IMG/VR virus record: IMGVR_UViG_3300030333_001670
Strand: one strand, 5' to 3'
DNA length: 64,000 bases
Source: an uncultured virus (IMG/VR IMGVR_UViG_3300030333_001670)
Lineage: Duplodnaviria > Heunggongvirae > Uroviricota > Caudoviricetes
This document shows positions 1-9,906 of this stretch, piece after piece. A model generated the notes under the pieces. That model was not told the DNA's origin. It worked only from the letters and a program-made list of their open reading frames with translations, and ran no database searches. The stretch's first letter is position 1, and every line of letters starts with the position of its first letter. Made by a program: the position numbers and the translations under genes.

Positions 1-3000
1 TGGTATAACAAGAATATTTTAATTAAGGCAGTTACTGCAACAACTATTACAGTTAACATTGGTGCATCACCTACCAAATACTTTACTCCTACTGCTGCCA
101 CATACGATCCTACTACAGGTGTATTGGTATTAACAATCGGTGCTCATAACTTAGCAGTTGGCACAGCAATTCAGATTGCACAACAATCATTAACATTCAC
201 TTGTGCTCAGGACAGTCATGGATCTAATCACCAATATCCTCGTGCTAATGGACAAGGTGGAGCATCCGCAGATGACCCTGCATACAACGATGCTGTAGCA
301 ATTACTGCTGTTGATGATAATACAATCACAGTTAACGTTGGTACATCTACTAACACAACTGCACACCTATTTGTTTCTGCTTCTGCTAATGCTATAGTCA
401 CAGGTGGTAACTATGCTCATACATTTGTATCTGCTGTTGCTAACTCTGTAACTGCCCCTGGCGATTGCACAAACGTTAAGGATGCACTTGATACTCTAGT
501 CTTATTGGCAAATGAGACTCTTGCTCCTAATGGTGACAGATATAGAGATGCAGGTGACCTTCTACACTTCAATAAGGATTACATTGCTGAAGAGGCAGTT
601 GGTTTACTAGATGCTGAATTCTCATATACTCTAAACAACATCCTTTATCAATCCTTCCAGTATCCAGGTGGTGCTACTGGTAGAGATACATGTAAGAAAG
701 ATATTAAACTATTGCTTGATAGTGTCATCAGTGACCTACAAACTGGTGGTAACAGTAATACTATTAGAGCAATTGAAAATTATATTGCTACTTCTGGTGG
801 TATCAAACAAGTTGAGGATCAATTACTCTCAACCATGTATGCCTTCCAGCAAGTTAAGAAACTTGGTAAACTAGCAATAATCAATAACCTTTATAACCAA
901 GGTATAACTGGATTAACTGGTGACCAGTATGCTGCTATGTGGACTACAGAAGTTGCATACCGTGATGCAACTATTACCGATAGTAAGGGTGATACTGCAT
1001 ACTTAAGTGATGATTGTATTGATGCAGTTAACGCATTTGAAAACTTGATGGATATCGCAATTGATACTCTATCTCCTTCAGATGATGCTGGTAGGTCTGC
1101 TGGTAGAATGATTCTTAATAACAAGAATTACTACGACCAAGAATTAGAAAATCTAGTTAACAGTCAGTGGGGTTCTGGTGCATGGTCAGCAGATATCAAT
1201 ACATTCCTAGAGACTACAGTTAATGATGTAATTCATGACTTAGCAATTACTGATACATCTAAGTTTGGTAATGCTAGAAACATCACTCTTACCAATGTAA
1301 TTGGAGAATTCTCTGAGGGTGAAGTTGTAACTTCATCTGGTGGTGGTTATGCATCTGTTAAGGAATATATCACTGAGACTCAGATGTTGGTTATTGGTGA
1401 TGTTACAGGTACAAATTGGGCATCTGTAGATGACTTAACTGGCACTAGCGGTGCAACTGCTGTAGTTAATGTTGTTGGTCCTACCTACGATTACTACACA
1501 ACTGTTGCTAACGTCCAGTCACTTGCTTCTACAAGAATTATAACAACAGGTATTGCTGATCAAGTCGCAGGTATTAACCTCTTTACTAATCCTGAAGACT
1601 TTACTGCTAACTGGACTGCAAGCGGTTCTAGTATAGACGGTAATGTAACTGCTGACCCAGACGATCAATTACTTGCTGAGAAGGTTGTAGTTGATAGTAG
1701 CACTGGTGAGCATACAATTTCAAGAAATTATAGTCTAACTGCTTACGATACATTTGATGATACTTCTATCAAGTGGGATACTACAGGTCAGAAGTTTGAC
1801 GAAGGTGCTATTACTACTGCTCAGACATTCACATTCTCTGCATTCATTAAGAAAGCAGAATTTGATAAGGTTAGATTCCAAATGACATTGGATACTGGTA
1901 CATCAGCAGAGCAGAATGCATTCTTTGACCTTGATTTAAGTAACGCATCCTTCGGTAGCATATTCACACCTCAGCAAGGTATTACTGCTAACGCATATGG
2001 ATCAGTCCCTGTTGGTGGTGGATGGATAAGAGCATATATTCAAATTACATTCTCCTTCGGTTTCACAACCTTAACTAACAAGGTTATCGTTAAGAATGCT
2101 GGTGGTTCAACTAACTACGCTGGTGATGGTGTAAGTGGTGTATATGTTTGGGGTGCAAAACTAACTAAGTCTGCACTTGACCCATATGTTTCTGCATACG
2201 GCACAACATTCTATGCTGATAACGATTTCAACATTAAGAATTACATTCTTGAGACATTAGAAACACAGATTGATGGAGCACTTTCTCAAAGTCTAACTTC
2301 TCCTTCTCCTGGTGCTTCCTTCTACGCATTCACCTCTGCTACTTTAGCAAAAGATTATAACACTCTCTCAATTATGAGAGTTGTGAGATATCTCTTAGGT
2401 ATGGTTAAGAAGCAACTTGTTAATAACGCTCATTATACAAATATTACCAATCAAACTGGTATTGTTACTCCTGCTAAGACATACGGCACTAGAGATATTC
2501 CAATACCTCTTGGTGGTGGAATTAATAATGCTGACAACTTCTTTGGTGGTACTTCAGGTGCATATGCTGAAGTTGAATCAATCACAAGGAATGAAGGTAA
2601 GATTGTCCAAGTCTACTCCAGATTCAGAATTGATGGCACTATCACTGATGGTCCATTCACAATGAATGAGGCAATTCAAAAGCAAGGTGATAACACTAAG
2701 ACAGGTATTGTTTATGGATTCCATGAAGATGATAACTTTAAGTATGTCGATGTTAAGATTACTGCTGGTACATTCGCAGTCCTAGACACTATAGTCGGTG
2801 CTGCTAACTCAACTACTTGTCAGATTAGTAACATTGAGACAAGAATGCATATCATCGATAAGATTGGTACATTTGATGCTAATGTAGGATTCCAAGGATA
2901 TACTTCGGGTGCTACTGCTGATGTTAACGCAAATATCACTGCTGAAGCTGCTGTCCTTACAAACACTGGTGGTAAGTTAGTTGTTGATACTGCATCTCTA

Positions 3001-4464
3001 TTAGGAACATTTGAGAAGACTGCTGTTGTTTACGCAGAAAGCTCAAGACAATACTTAGAGGTTGCTAAGTTTGGTGGTTTAGATGTTGCTATCGGTAATA
3101 GAATTGTATCAGACGGATACACAAGAATTGGTATTAGCATACTAACCAACTTGAATAACTTCACTGTTGGTAACAGACTTTATAAGGTTGTATCAGGTGT
3201 CCAAGATACTGCAAATTACGGTATCATTACTTCAGTTGACCTAAGCAATAACTACATCTACTACGCTCCTGTAATGGGATCACTAACTAACGGTGATATC
3301 GTTGGTGACTACGGTCAAGGTGAATCCTTCCCAGTTGGTTACGCAACCATTACAACTTCTGTTGTAACAGCAGGTGCTGCTGGTGCTCTTGTCCAAGACA
3401 TTGAGACAGTTGGTGTTAACAAGCGTATCTACATGAGTGACATCGTAGGTACCTTCGATACTAAGGACGCAATCAAGTCACTTAATGGATATAAGGCAGT
3501 TGTTAAGAGTAAGCAAGATATTAAGGCACGTGTTAAGAGATCCTTCAAGGGATTCGATGGTGTCCAAACACAATTCAAACTTACACAGAATAATGGTACA
3601 GCATACTTGCCTGACTCTGAAGGACATATGCTCATATTTGTTAATGGTATTCTACAACCTCCAGGTGCAGCTAACGCATACACAGCATTCTCAGACACAA
3701 TTCAGTTTACTGAAGCACCTACGATAGGGTCTGCATTCACAGGATTCTACGTTGGTAAGTTGAGACAGTTAGATGACATCTCATTCGACTTCGACTCATT
3801 GAGACAGTCATTCAACCTCAAGCGTAATGGAGTATTCTACTCACTAACACTTACCGATGGTGTCCAGTCTACGGTTATACGTCCAGAAAATAATATCATC
3901 GTTTCACTCAATGGTGTTATTCAGGAACCAGGCGTAGGTTTCGAGCTTGTTGGTTCTCGAATAATCTTCTCTGAAATACCTCGTGTTGGGTCTACATTCG
4001 TTGCATTCTCTTACGTGGGTAGTGAGGCAGACGTTGACGCTGCTGAAGTTGTCCCACCAATTGAACCAGGTGACTTTATTGACATTCAAGGTGAGACTTC
4101 AGACAGAGAAGTTGCTGTTATTGAATCTTCTAACTCTCTAATCACATTCGACTATCTCGGATCAGTCTTTGGTAAGGACGCAGTTGGATCTGCAACGATT
4201 ACAAGTGGGTCTATCGCTAGTGTCCAAGTTACCTCTGTTGGATCTGGATATACAACTAGACCATCTGTAAGGGTTGACTCCATCTCTGGATTTGACGCAC
4301 AGATTAAGGCACTGGTTGGTGTTGGTGAGTGTGTAATTTCTAACCAAGGAAGTGGATATTCTGCTCCTGGTATATCGGTTGATACTTCAGTCCCTGATGA
4401 TTGGACTGCTCCAGACTTAAGTCAATATGGTGAAGAAGTAATTGACCCTGAGATAATCCCATAA
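1..4464 (+). CDS. Very large virion structural protein (baseplate/fibre-associated), 5'-truncated by the window edge
   Basis: Frame 1 is open from base 1 (WYNKNILIKAVTATT...), so the start lies upstream of the window. Gly/Thr/Ser-rich, with 'VSLNGVIQEPG' and 'IFVNGILQPP' repeats typical of cyanomyovirus structural proteins. Lies immediately before the baseplate genes. Confidence 0.75.
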   Translation, partial: WYNKNILIKAVTATTITVNIGASPTKYFTPTAATYDPTTGVLVLTIGAHNLAVGTAIQIAQQSLTFTCAQDSHGSNHQYPRANGQGGASADDPAYNDAVAITAVDDNTITVNVGTSTNTTAHLFVSASANAIVTGGNYAHTFVSAVANSVTAPGDCTNVKDALDTLVLLANETLAPNGDRYRDAGDLLHFNKDYIAEEAVGLLDAEFSYTLNNILYQSFQYPGGATGRDTCKKDIKLLLDSVISDLQTGGNSNTIRAIENYIATSGGIKQVEDQLLSTMYAFQQVKKLGKLAIINNLYNQGITGLTGDQYAAMWTTEVAYRDATITDSKGDTAYLSDDCIDAVNAFENLMDIAIDTLSPSDDAGRSAGRMILNNKNYYDQELENLVNSQWGSGAWSADINTFLETTVNDVIHDLAITDTSKFGNARNITLTNVIGEFSEGEVVTSSGGGYASVKEYITETQMLVIGDVTGTNWASVDDLTGTSGATAVVNVVGPTYDYYTTVANVQSLASTRIITTGIADQVAGINLFTNPEDFTANWTASGSSIDGNVTADPDDQLLAEKVVVDSSTGEHTISRNYSLTAYDTFDDTSIKWDTTGQKFDEGAITTAQTFTFSAFIKKAEFDKVRFQMTLDTGTSAEQNAFFDLDLSNASFGSIFTPQQGITANAYGSVPVGGGWIRAYIQITFSFGFTTLTNKVIVKNAGGSTNYAGDGVSGVYVWGAKLTKSALDPYVSAYGTTFYADNDFNIKNYILETLETQIDGALSQSLTSPSPGASFYAFTSATLAKDYNTLSIMRVVRYLLGMVKKQLVNNAHYTNITNQTGIVTPAKTYGTRDIPIPLGGGINNADNFFGGTSGAYAEVESITRNEGKIVQVYSRFRIDGTITDGPFTMNEAIQKQGDNTKTGIVYGFHEDDNFKYVDVKITAGTFAVLDTIVGAANSTTCQISNIETRMHIIDKIGTFDANVGFQGYTSGATADVNANITAEAAVLTNTGGKLVVDTASLLGTFEKTAVVYAESSRQYLEVAKFGGLDVAIGNRIVSDGYTRIGISILTNLNNFTVGNRLYKVVSGVQDTANYGIITSVDLSNNYIYYAPVMGSLTNGDIVGDYGQGESFPVGYATITTSVVTAGAAGALVQDIETVGVNKRIYMSDIVGTFDTKDAIKSLNGYKAVVKSKQDIKARVKRSFKGFDGVQTQFKLTQNNGTAYLPDSEGHMLIFVNGILQPPGAANAYTAFSDTIQFTEAPTIGSAFTGFYVGKLRQLDDISFDFDSLRQSFNLKRNGVFYSLTLTDGVQSTVIRPENNIIVSLNGVIQEPGVGFELVGSRIIFSEIPRVGSTFVAFSYVGSEADVDAAEVVPPIEPGDFIDIQGETSDREVAVIESSNSLITFDYLGSVFGKDAVGSATITSGSIASVQVTSVGSGYTTRPSVRVDSISGFDAQIKALVGVGECVISNQGSGYSAPGISVDTSVPDDWTAPDLSQYGEEVIDPEIIP

Positions 4465-4467
4465 ATA
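4460..4467 (+). promoter_or_regulatory. T4-type late promoter (CATAAATA)
   Basis: Near-consensus gp55 TATAAATA box about 20 nt upstream of the ATG at 4487. Confidence 0.6.
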
Positions 4468-4486
4468 ACTAAAAATTGTAAGGTAA

Positions 4487-5713
4487 ATGGCTAAACAAAC
4501 GCTAGGTCTTGGTACTGCAGCTAACGACAACACGGGTGATACCCTGAGAGTTGGTGGTGACAAGATTAATGACAATTTTAACGAAATATACACTGGTATA
4601 GGTAATGGCACTACGTTGCAACTTAGTGTTACCAATGCTGCTGTAGGACAGGTACTTAGATATAATGGATCGACATTTCTTCCATCTGACTATACAAACC
4701 TCACTGCTGGTTTGGATGTTAACGGTAATAGTATTGTTTCTTCAAGTAATGGAAATATCAATATCGCTCCGAATGGCACGGGTAACTTAACACTTGGCGT
4801 TGGTGGTGTTACCAATACATTTGCGGGTTCTGGTGGAGGAATTGATTTCCCTACTACAGTAAAGTATAAGAATGAGTGGGCATCACTTGCTGCTTCTCCT
4901 GCTGCTGCATCATATAAGGGATATTTCTTTACAGTTAACGGTGATGATAATCCATATGTAAACATTAATATTACTGCTGGTGGTGTTGGTGCTACCCAAG
5001 CAAAATTATTGACACAATATTCAGGTGTTAATGATTTGGTTGACGTTGATACAAATACTGCTGCACCTACAAATAATCAAGTTTTAAAGTGGAATTCTTC
5101 TACAAGTAAGTGGGCACCTGCTGATGATGACTCAGGTATATCCTCACTTAACCTTTGGGCATCAGTTGCTGGTGATACAGGATCCACTACTGCTAATACA
5201 CAATCTGATACTCTAACGATTGCTGGTGGTACAAACATTACCACAGCCGTTTCTGGGGATACTTTGACAGTTAATTTCTCTGGAACTCTGACTACAACAT
5301 TTGCTGCTTTGACTGATACAAATATTGGTGGTCTTGTCCAAGGAGATTCACTCTTCTACAATGGCACAAACTGGGTACCAACCCGTAGTCCAATTACTTG
5401 GTGGGAAGTGAATGCTGATGGTGCAGACCATTATACATTCTCTGGACCAGGTTTCTCTGCTGCTACAAATGACCCAACGTTATATGTCCAGAGAGGACAA
5501 ACTTATGCATTTGATAATTCTGTCCAAGGTGCTGGTCACCCATTCAGAATTCAGAGCACAACTGGATTAGCTGGGACTCCATATACTGCTGGTCAAACTG
5601 GTAGTGGAATCACAGTTTTATATTGGACTGTCCCTATGGATGCTCCAACAACTCTATATTACCAATGCACATTACATGCATTGATGAACGGTACAATCAA
5701 CGTAGTAACTTAA
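4487..5713 (+). CDS. Baseplate wedge/fibre-connector-like protein (gp9/gp10-like N-terminus) with a C-terminal cupredoxin-like domain
   Basis: N-terminal 'GTAANDNTGDTLRVGGDKINDNFNEIY' resembles the T4 gp9/gp10 N-terminal motif. C-terminus has GHPF...YYQCTLHALMNG. Confidence 0.65.
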   Translation: MAKQTLGLGTAANDNTGDTLRVGGDKINDNFNEIYTGIGNGTTLQLSVTNAAVGQVLRYNGSTFLPSDYTNLTAGLDVNGNSIVSSSNGNINIAPNGTGNLTLGVGGVTNTFAGSGGGIDFPTTVKYKNEWASLAASPAAASYKGYFFTVNGDDNPYVNINITAGGVGATQAKLLTQYSGVNDLVDVDTNTAAPTNNQVLKWNSSTSKWAPADDDSGISSLNLWASVAGDTGSTTANTQSDTLTIAGGTNITTAVSGDTLTVNFSGTLTTTFAALTDTNIGGLVQGDSLFYNGTNWVPTRSPITWWEVNADGADHYTFSGPGFSAATNDPTLYVQRGQTYAFDNSVQGAGHPFRIQSTTGLAGTPYTAGQTGSGITVLYWTVPMDAPTTLYYQCTLHALMNGTINVVT

Positions 5714-5716
5714 TAA

Positions 5717-8700
5717 ATGGCGAGGACGATACCTGGTTCTGGTGCTTCTATCAAACCATTATTCAACGAAGTATTTGGTGTTAGAGCAGTCGAAGTTTTG
5801 GAAGGAGGGAAGGATTATACTTCTGCGGATCCACCAAGACTAACTGTTACTGGTTGTGGCACACCAGATGAAGAAGCAATACTCTATCCTATCATTGACG
5901 ATGCGTCAGGTAGGATTGTCCATGTACGAGTATTAAACAAAGGGAGGGGTTATGATCCACTCAGACTCAACATTTTACCAACTTCTGATACGCCAAACGT
6001 TGTTACGTCATTTGACATTAATAGAATATGGCAAAGCAATCCGCAGTCAACGACAACAGCATCATTTTCAGGAGCAACAGACAGACTAACTATTGTTTCA
6101 GATAATCATCCAAAACCTGCTGACTATGGCACAGAAAGAGCACCAGGTGGTGGACCTTTAGTAGATAGAAATTTCAATCAAGCATTCGTATATAGAGGTG
6201 GTAAGGACGTACCTGCTGCTGAACCAAGACCTGACCAGAAGAATAAGGCTTTGGGTATTATGGCAAATGGAGTGTTACTCCATACTCCAGAATGGGGACA
6301 AGGACATAGTGATGTCCCTGTAGGATTCAGTTTAGATACTGTAAAGTCATCATTCATTAAAAATAGTGATGTTTATGGTGGTGCAGTTGATAATAACGTT
6401 TATTATTATCATTCAAATAAACTAATCAATCATTTAGCATTAAAGAATGGACCATTTCAAAATGGTTTCATACAAACATTCACTTGGAATATTAAAACAG
6501 AATTTGATAACTTAATGCTTCCTGTTGGTAACGTCTCTGAGACGATGGGAAGTGTTGAAGTTGGTAGACTTATTGAAAAAGTTGGTGGTAATGCAACATG
6601 TGAAGTTGCAAAAATTGTTAGAAATGGTTCTGGTATTGTCCAGAGAGTATATGTAAGACTTGTTAATGGCACATTTGCTAATGGAGATAATCTGTTAGGT
6701 GCAAATGGTTTCCAAATGACCATTAATAATGACCCTACTACATTCCCTAATGGTCTTTTCTATATTAATTTTGGACCTGATGCTGCTGAATTTGGTAGTT
6801 TTGATGTTAATGGATGGTATCTATCACCTGAAAACATTAAGGTTCAAAGAAATTATCTAATTAAGTGGAATCAATCTGATACAAGTAACCAACCTTCTCA
6901 GACACATCAACATGGTCACCCAATGCAATTCAGTACCACACAAGATGGTCTGTTAAATGGTGGCACACTATACACAAATAGCACTGGATCAGATGCTGGT
7001 TGGGCAACTGATTACGAGAATGAGTTTATGCCACTCTTCTTGATGAATGCTGATGAGACTAATAGAATCTATTATTACTGTAAGTATCACAGATATATGT
7101 CTGGATATACTGGTGATGAAGGATATATGATTCTTGATTCTACAGTAGAGAATTTTACACCAACTAATAATTATTACGTTACAGATTTCTTTGCTACTGG
7201 TCCTGACTACGGTAGACATGCAGATGGACATTCTAAGATTTTAGGTATGTCCTATGATGGATATCCAATCTATGGACCTTGGGGATACAATTCTTCTGGT
7301 GTTGCTGCTAGAGAAGTATCAGGATATAGATTAAAAACTGGTGTTGAAATTGACGGTGCTAGACCTGCTGTTGTTACAGCATCTACAGTAACACAGACTA
7401 TTACCGTATCTAATGGCAAATTCTATGTCGGTGGTAGTGAAGTACAATTCTTAAATTTATTCAGAGGTAAGACATACGTTTTCAATCAGGATCATGCTAC
7501 TAATAATAGTAACTTCCTGTTATTAAGCACACAAGAAAATGGTTGGCAAGCGGCTGGTACTGCTAATGGTGATACTTCAATCTTACATACAGAAGGTGTT
7601 ACCTATGAGTTAGATGGAGTTGCTAAGACATATACAGAATATATTTCAGGATTTAATGCTGCAACCCAAAGACGTTTAACATTTGCTCCCAGAACAGATT
7701 GCCCTAGACTACTTTATACATTCTCATATTCAACAGCTGATATGGGATTTAGATTAGTCCAAGATGGTTACTTAATGGGTGACCTAACTCAAGACTATAT
7801 CTGGGATTCTGCTGTTTCTGGTGCAACTTTAGATAAGTTTAATGGTAGATTTGCTACTACTCCAGAGTATCCAAACGGCACTTATGCTTACTTTATGACA
7901 GAGGATAGTTCAGGTAATCCTGTTTATCCTTATGTTATTGGACCTCAGTTTAGAGGAGTACCTACATTTGAAGGTGATACTTTAGGAGATGTTCCTACAG
8001 AATTCCCTAGTGGTGCAGAAGGTGAAGTTGTATTGGGAACAGGTGCTGATGCTGGTAAAGTTTCTTACATTAGGATGGAGAAATTTGGTGATGGTTACTT
8101 TGGTACAGCAGAAGCAAAGATTTTAGGTGGTGGAGGTACTGGTGCTACTGCAACTCCTACCGTCCAAACTGTTACAGGTCTTGCATTATTAAACCCAGGT
8201 AGAAGTTTTGCTACTCCTCCTACTCTAATTGTTGAAGGTGGTGGTGGACAAAACGCTAAAGGTGCTGCAAAGATTGATGTTACAGGTAAGGTTACATCTA
8301 TTAGTGTTGTAAATGCTGGTGAATTTTATCAAGAACCACCTTATGTTTTAATTACTGGTGGTGGCGGTATTGGTGCTAGAGCAACTGCTCAAGTAAGTCA
8401 AGGTAAAATTACTGGTATTACAGTAACAGAGCAAGGTCAAGGATTTACCTCTGCTCCTAATGTTATCTTTACTAAGTTAGTTAATCTTAAGAGGAAGACT
8501 GCTGCTAGACAGTCACTTAACTCTACAGCATTCTATCTAACTGGACTACTAGCAAATATGACTGCTAGTCAGACTGAGATATATGTTGATTCTACAGACG
8601 CATATCCAGGTTCAGGTAAATTAATTATTGGAAATGAGACAGTTTCATATTCTTCCAAATCAAGAGAGAAGTTTAGTAATGTAACAAGAGGTCTTAATTT

Positions 8701-9865
8701 CAACTATGACCAACGTGTTATTCTTGATAGTGGACAGAATCTATCTGATGGCACTTCAAACTATAAGTTTAATGTTGGTGACCGAGTAATTAGAAGGGTT
8801 GAAAATGCCCAGAACAAGATAGCAAAAGTATATGACTGGAATGCTCAGACAAGAGAATTACTTGTAGCATTTGAAGTTGATGAATTGGCATTCATTGATG
8901 CAGGTATTCCATCTACAGAAGATGCAATTGTACAGTTTGATGCTGGTGTTGCTGATTCTGCTAACTCAGGATTCCAACCACACGTGGTATTAAACTCACC
9001 TGGTGATGTTATTACTACATTAACAGTACCTATTACAACATTACAAGATAAGAAATTCCAAGATATCGCAGAAAACTCTGGTGCTGGAGACGGTATTCCT
9101 GACCTAGTAAATACAGGAACAGAATTTGAAAACCAAATATCACTCGAAGGTGGTATATTCAGTTCACTTTATGGTATTGAGGAAACTCAGGGTGGCACAA
9201 ACACAACCCTATTCCAAGCTGGAGACAGTATTAAAGATGCAGACATTCCATTCAAGTATGCAACAATTACATCTGCTGGTGCATTGAATGAAGGTGTGCC
9301 TCATACAGCATTAATGGAAATCACTATTGATGCTAATGATGGTAATGGAAATAATTATGCAGTTAATGAAGTGGTAACTGGTGATGTATCTGGTGTTAAA
9401 GGCACTGTAGTGTCTTGGAACCCAAGCACAGGTAAACTGATAGTTGGTGATATCATACCATTTAATACAGGTAATGTTAACGTTGGTGTTGCTGGTTACT
9501 TGTATAAATTCTCCGATACAGGAACTATAATAGATTTCAATATACAGAATGCTGGTACTAACTATAGCTCAGTACCAGGAGTTACTATTGAAGCTATTGG
9601 TGATATACAGGCAACAGGTACAGCAGTCTTAACTGCTGCTGGAGACCAAGTTGCATCTATAACCATAACTAATGGTGGTTATGGATATAAACAGACTGTA
9701 GACAATACATATAATATTCACCCAACAATAACAATCGCTGCACCTTCAAGTGGCACAACCGCAGTTGCACAAGCGATTTTAGGTGGTGAAAAACTGGTAG
9801 GAAACGGTGGTGCTTCTTATCGAATTAAGAGCATCGAGTTCCAAACAATAGCAAGGACTCAGTAA
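5717..9865 (+). CDS. Baseplate wedge initiator-like protein (gp7-like) with YHYH-like and cupredoxin-like segments
   Basis: Position just before gp8. Repeated 'GGGG.GA.A...V..G.V..I.V.N.G..Y' units. YHYH-like motifs 'HSKILGMSYDGYPIYGPWGY' and 'LDKFNGRFATTPEYPNGTYAYF'. Confidence 0.65.
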   Translation: MARTIPGSGASIKPLFNEVFGVRAVEVLEGGKDYTSADPPRLTVTGCGTPDEEAILYPIIDDASGRIVHVRVLNKGRGYDPLRLNILPTSDTPNVVTSFDINRIWQSNPQSTTTASFSGATDRLTIVSDNHPKPADYGTERAPGGGPLVDRNFNQAFVYRGGKDVPAAEPRPDQKNKALGIMANGVLLHTPEWGQGHSDVPVGFSLDTVKSSFIKNSDVYGGAVDNNVYYYHSNKLINHLALKNGPFQNGFIQTFTWNIKTEFDNLMLPVGNVSETMGSVEVGRLIEKVGGNATCEVAKIVRNGSGIVQRVYVRLVNGTFANGDNLLGANGFQMTINNDPTTFPNGLFYINFGPDAAEFGSFDVNGWYLSPENIKVQRNYLIKWNQSDTSNQPSQTHQHGHPMQFSTTQDGLLNGGTLYTNSTGSDAGWATDYENEFMPLFLMNADETNRIYYYCKYHRYMSGYTGDEGYMILDSTVENFTPTNNYYVTDFFATGPDYGRHADGHSKILGMSYDGYPIYGPWGYNSSGVAAREVSGYRLKTGVEIDGARPAVVTASTVTQTITVSNGKFYVGGSEVQFLNLFRGKTYVFNQDHATNNSNFLLLSTQENGWQAAGTANGDTSILHTEGVTYELDGVAKTYTEYISGFNAATQRRLTFAPRTDCPRLLYTFSYSTADMGFRLVQDGYLMGDLTQDYIWDSAVSGATLDKFNGRFATTPEYPNGTYAYFMTEDSSGNPVYPYVIGPQFRGVPTFEGDTLGDVPTEFPSGAEGEVVLGTGADAGKVSYIRMEKFGDGYFGTAEAKILGGGGTGATATPTVQTVTGLALLNPGRSFATPPTLIVEGGGGQNAKGAAKIDVTGKVTSISVVNAGEFYQEPPYVLITGGGGIGARATAQVSQGKITGITVTEQGQGFTSAPNVIFTKLVNLKRKTAARQSLNSTAFYLTGLLANMTASQTEIYVDSTDAYPGSGKLIIGNETVSYSSKSREKFSNVTRGLNFNYDQRVILDSGQNLSDGTSNYKFNVGDRVIRRVENAQNKIAKVYDWNAQTRELLVAFEVDELAFIDAGIPSTEDAIVQFDAGVADSANSGFQPHVVLNSPGDVITTLTVPITTLQDKKFQDIAENSGAGDGIPDLVNTGTEFENQISLEGGIFSSLYGIEETQGGTNTTLFQAGDSIKDADIPFKYATITSAGALNEGVPHTALMEITIDANDGNGNNYAVNEVVTGDVSGVKGTVVSWNPSTGKLIVGDIIPFNTGNVNVGVAGYLYKFSDTGTIIDFNIQNAGTNYSSVPGVTIEAIGDIQATGTAVLTAAGDQVASITITNGGYGYKQTVDNTYNIHPTITIAAPSSGTTAVAQAILGGEKLVGNGGASYRIKSIEFQTIARTQ

Positions 9866-9869
9866 CCTT

Positions 9870-9877
9870 GATAAATA
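9870..9877 (+). promoter_or_regulatory. Late promoter (GATAAATA)
   Basis: ATAAATA box in the intergenic gap before g8. Confidence 0.6.
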
Positions 9878-9906
9878 GACAAAGGACATTAAGTACCTAT
9901 AGTTAA

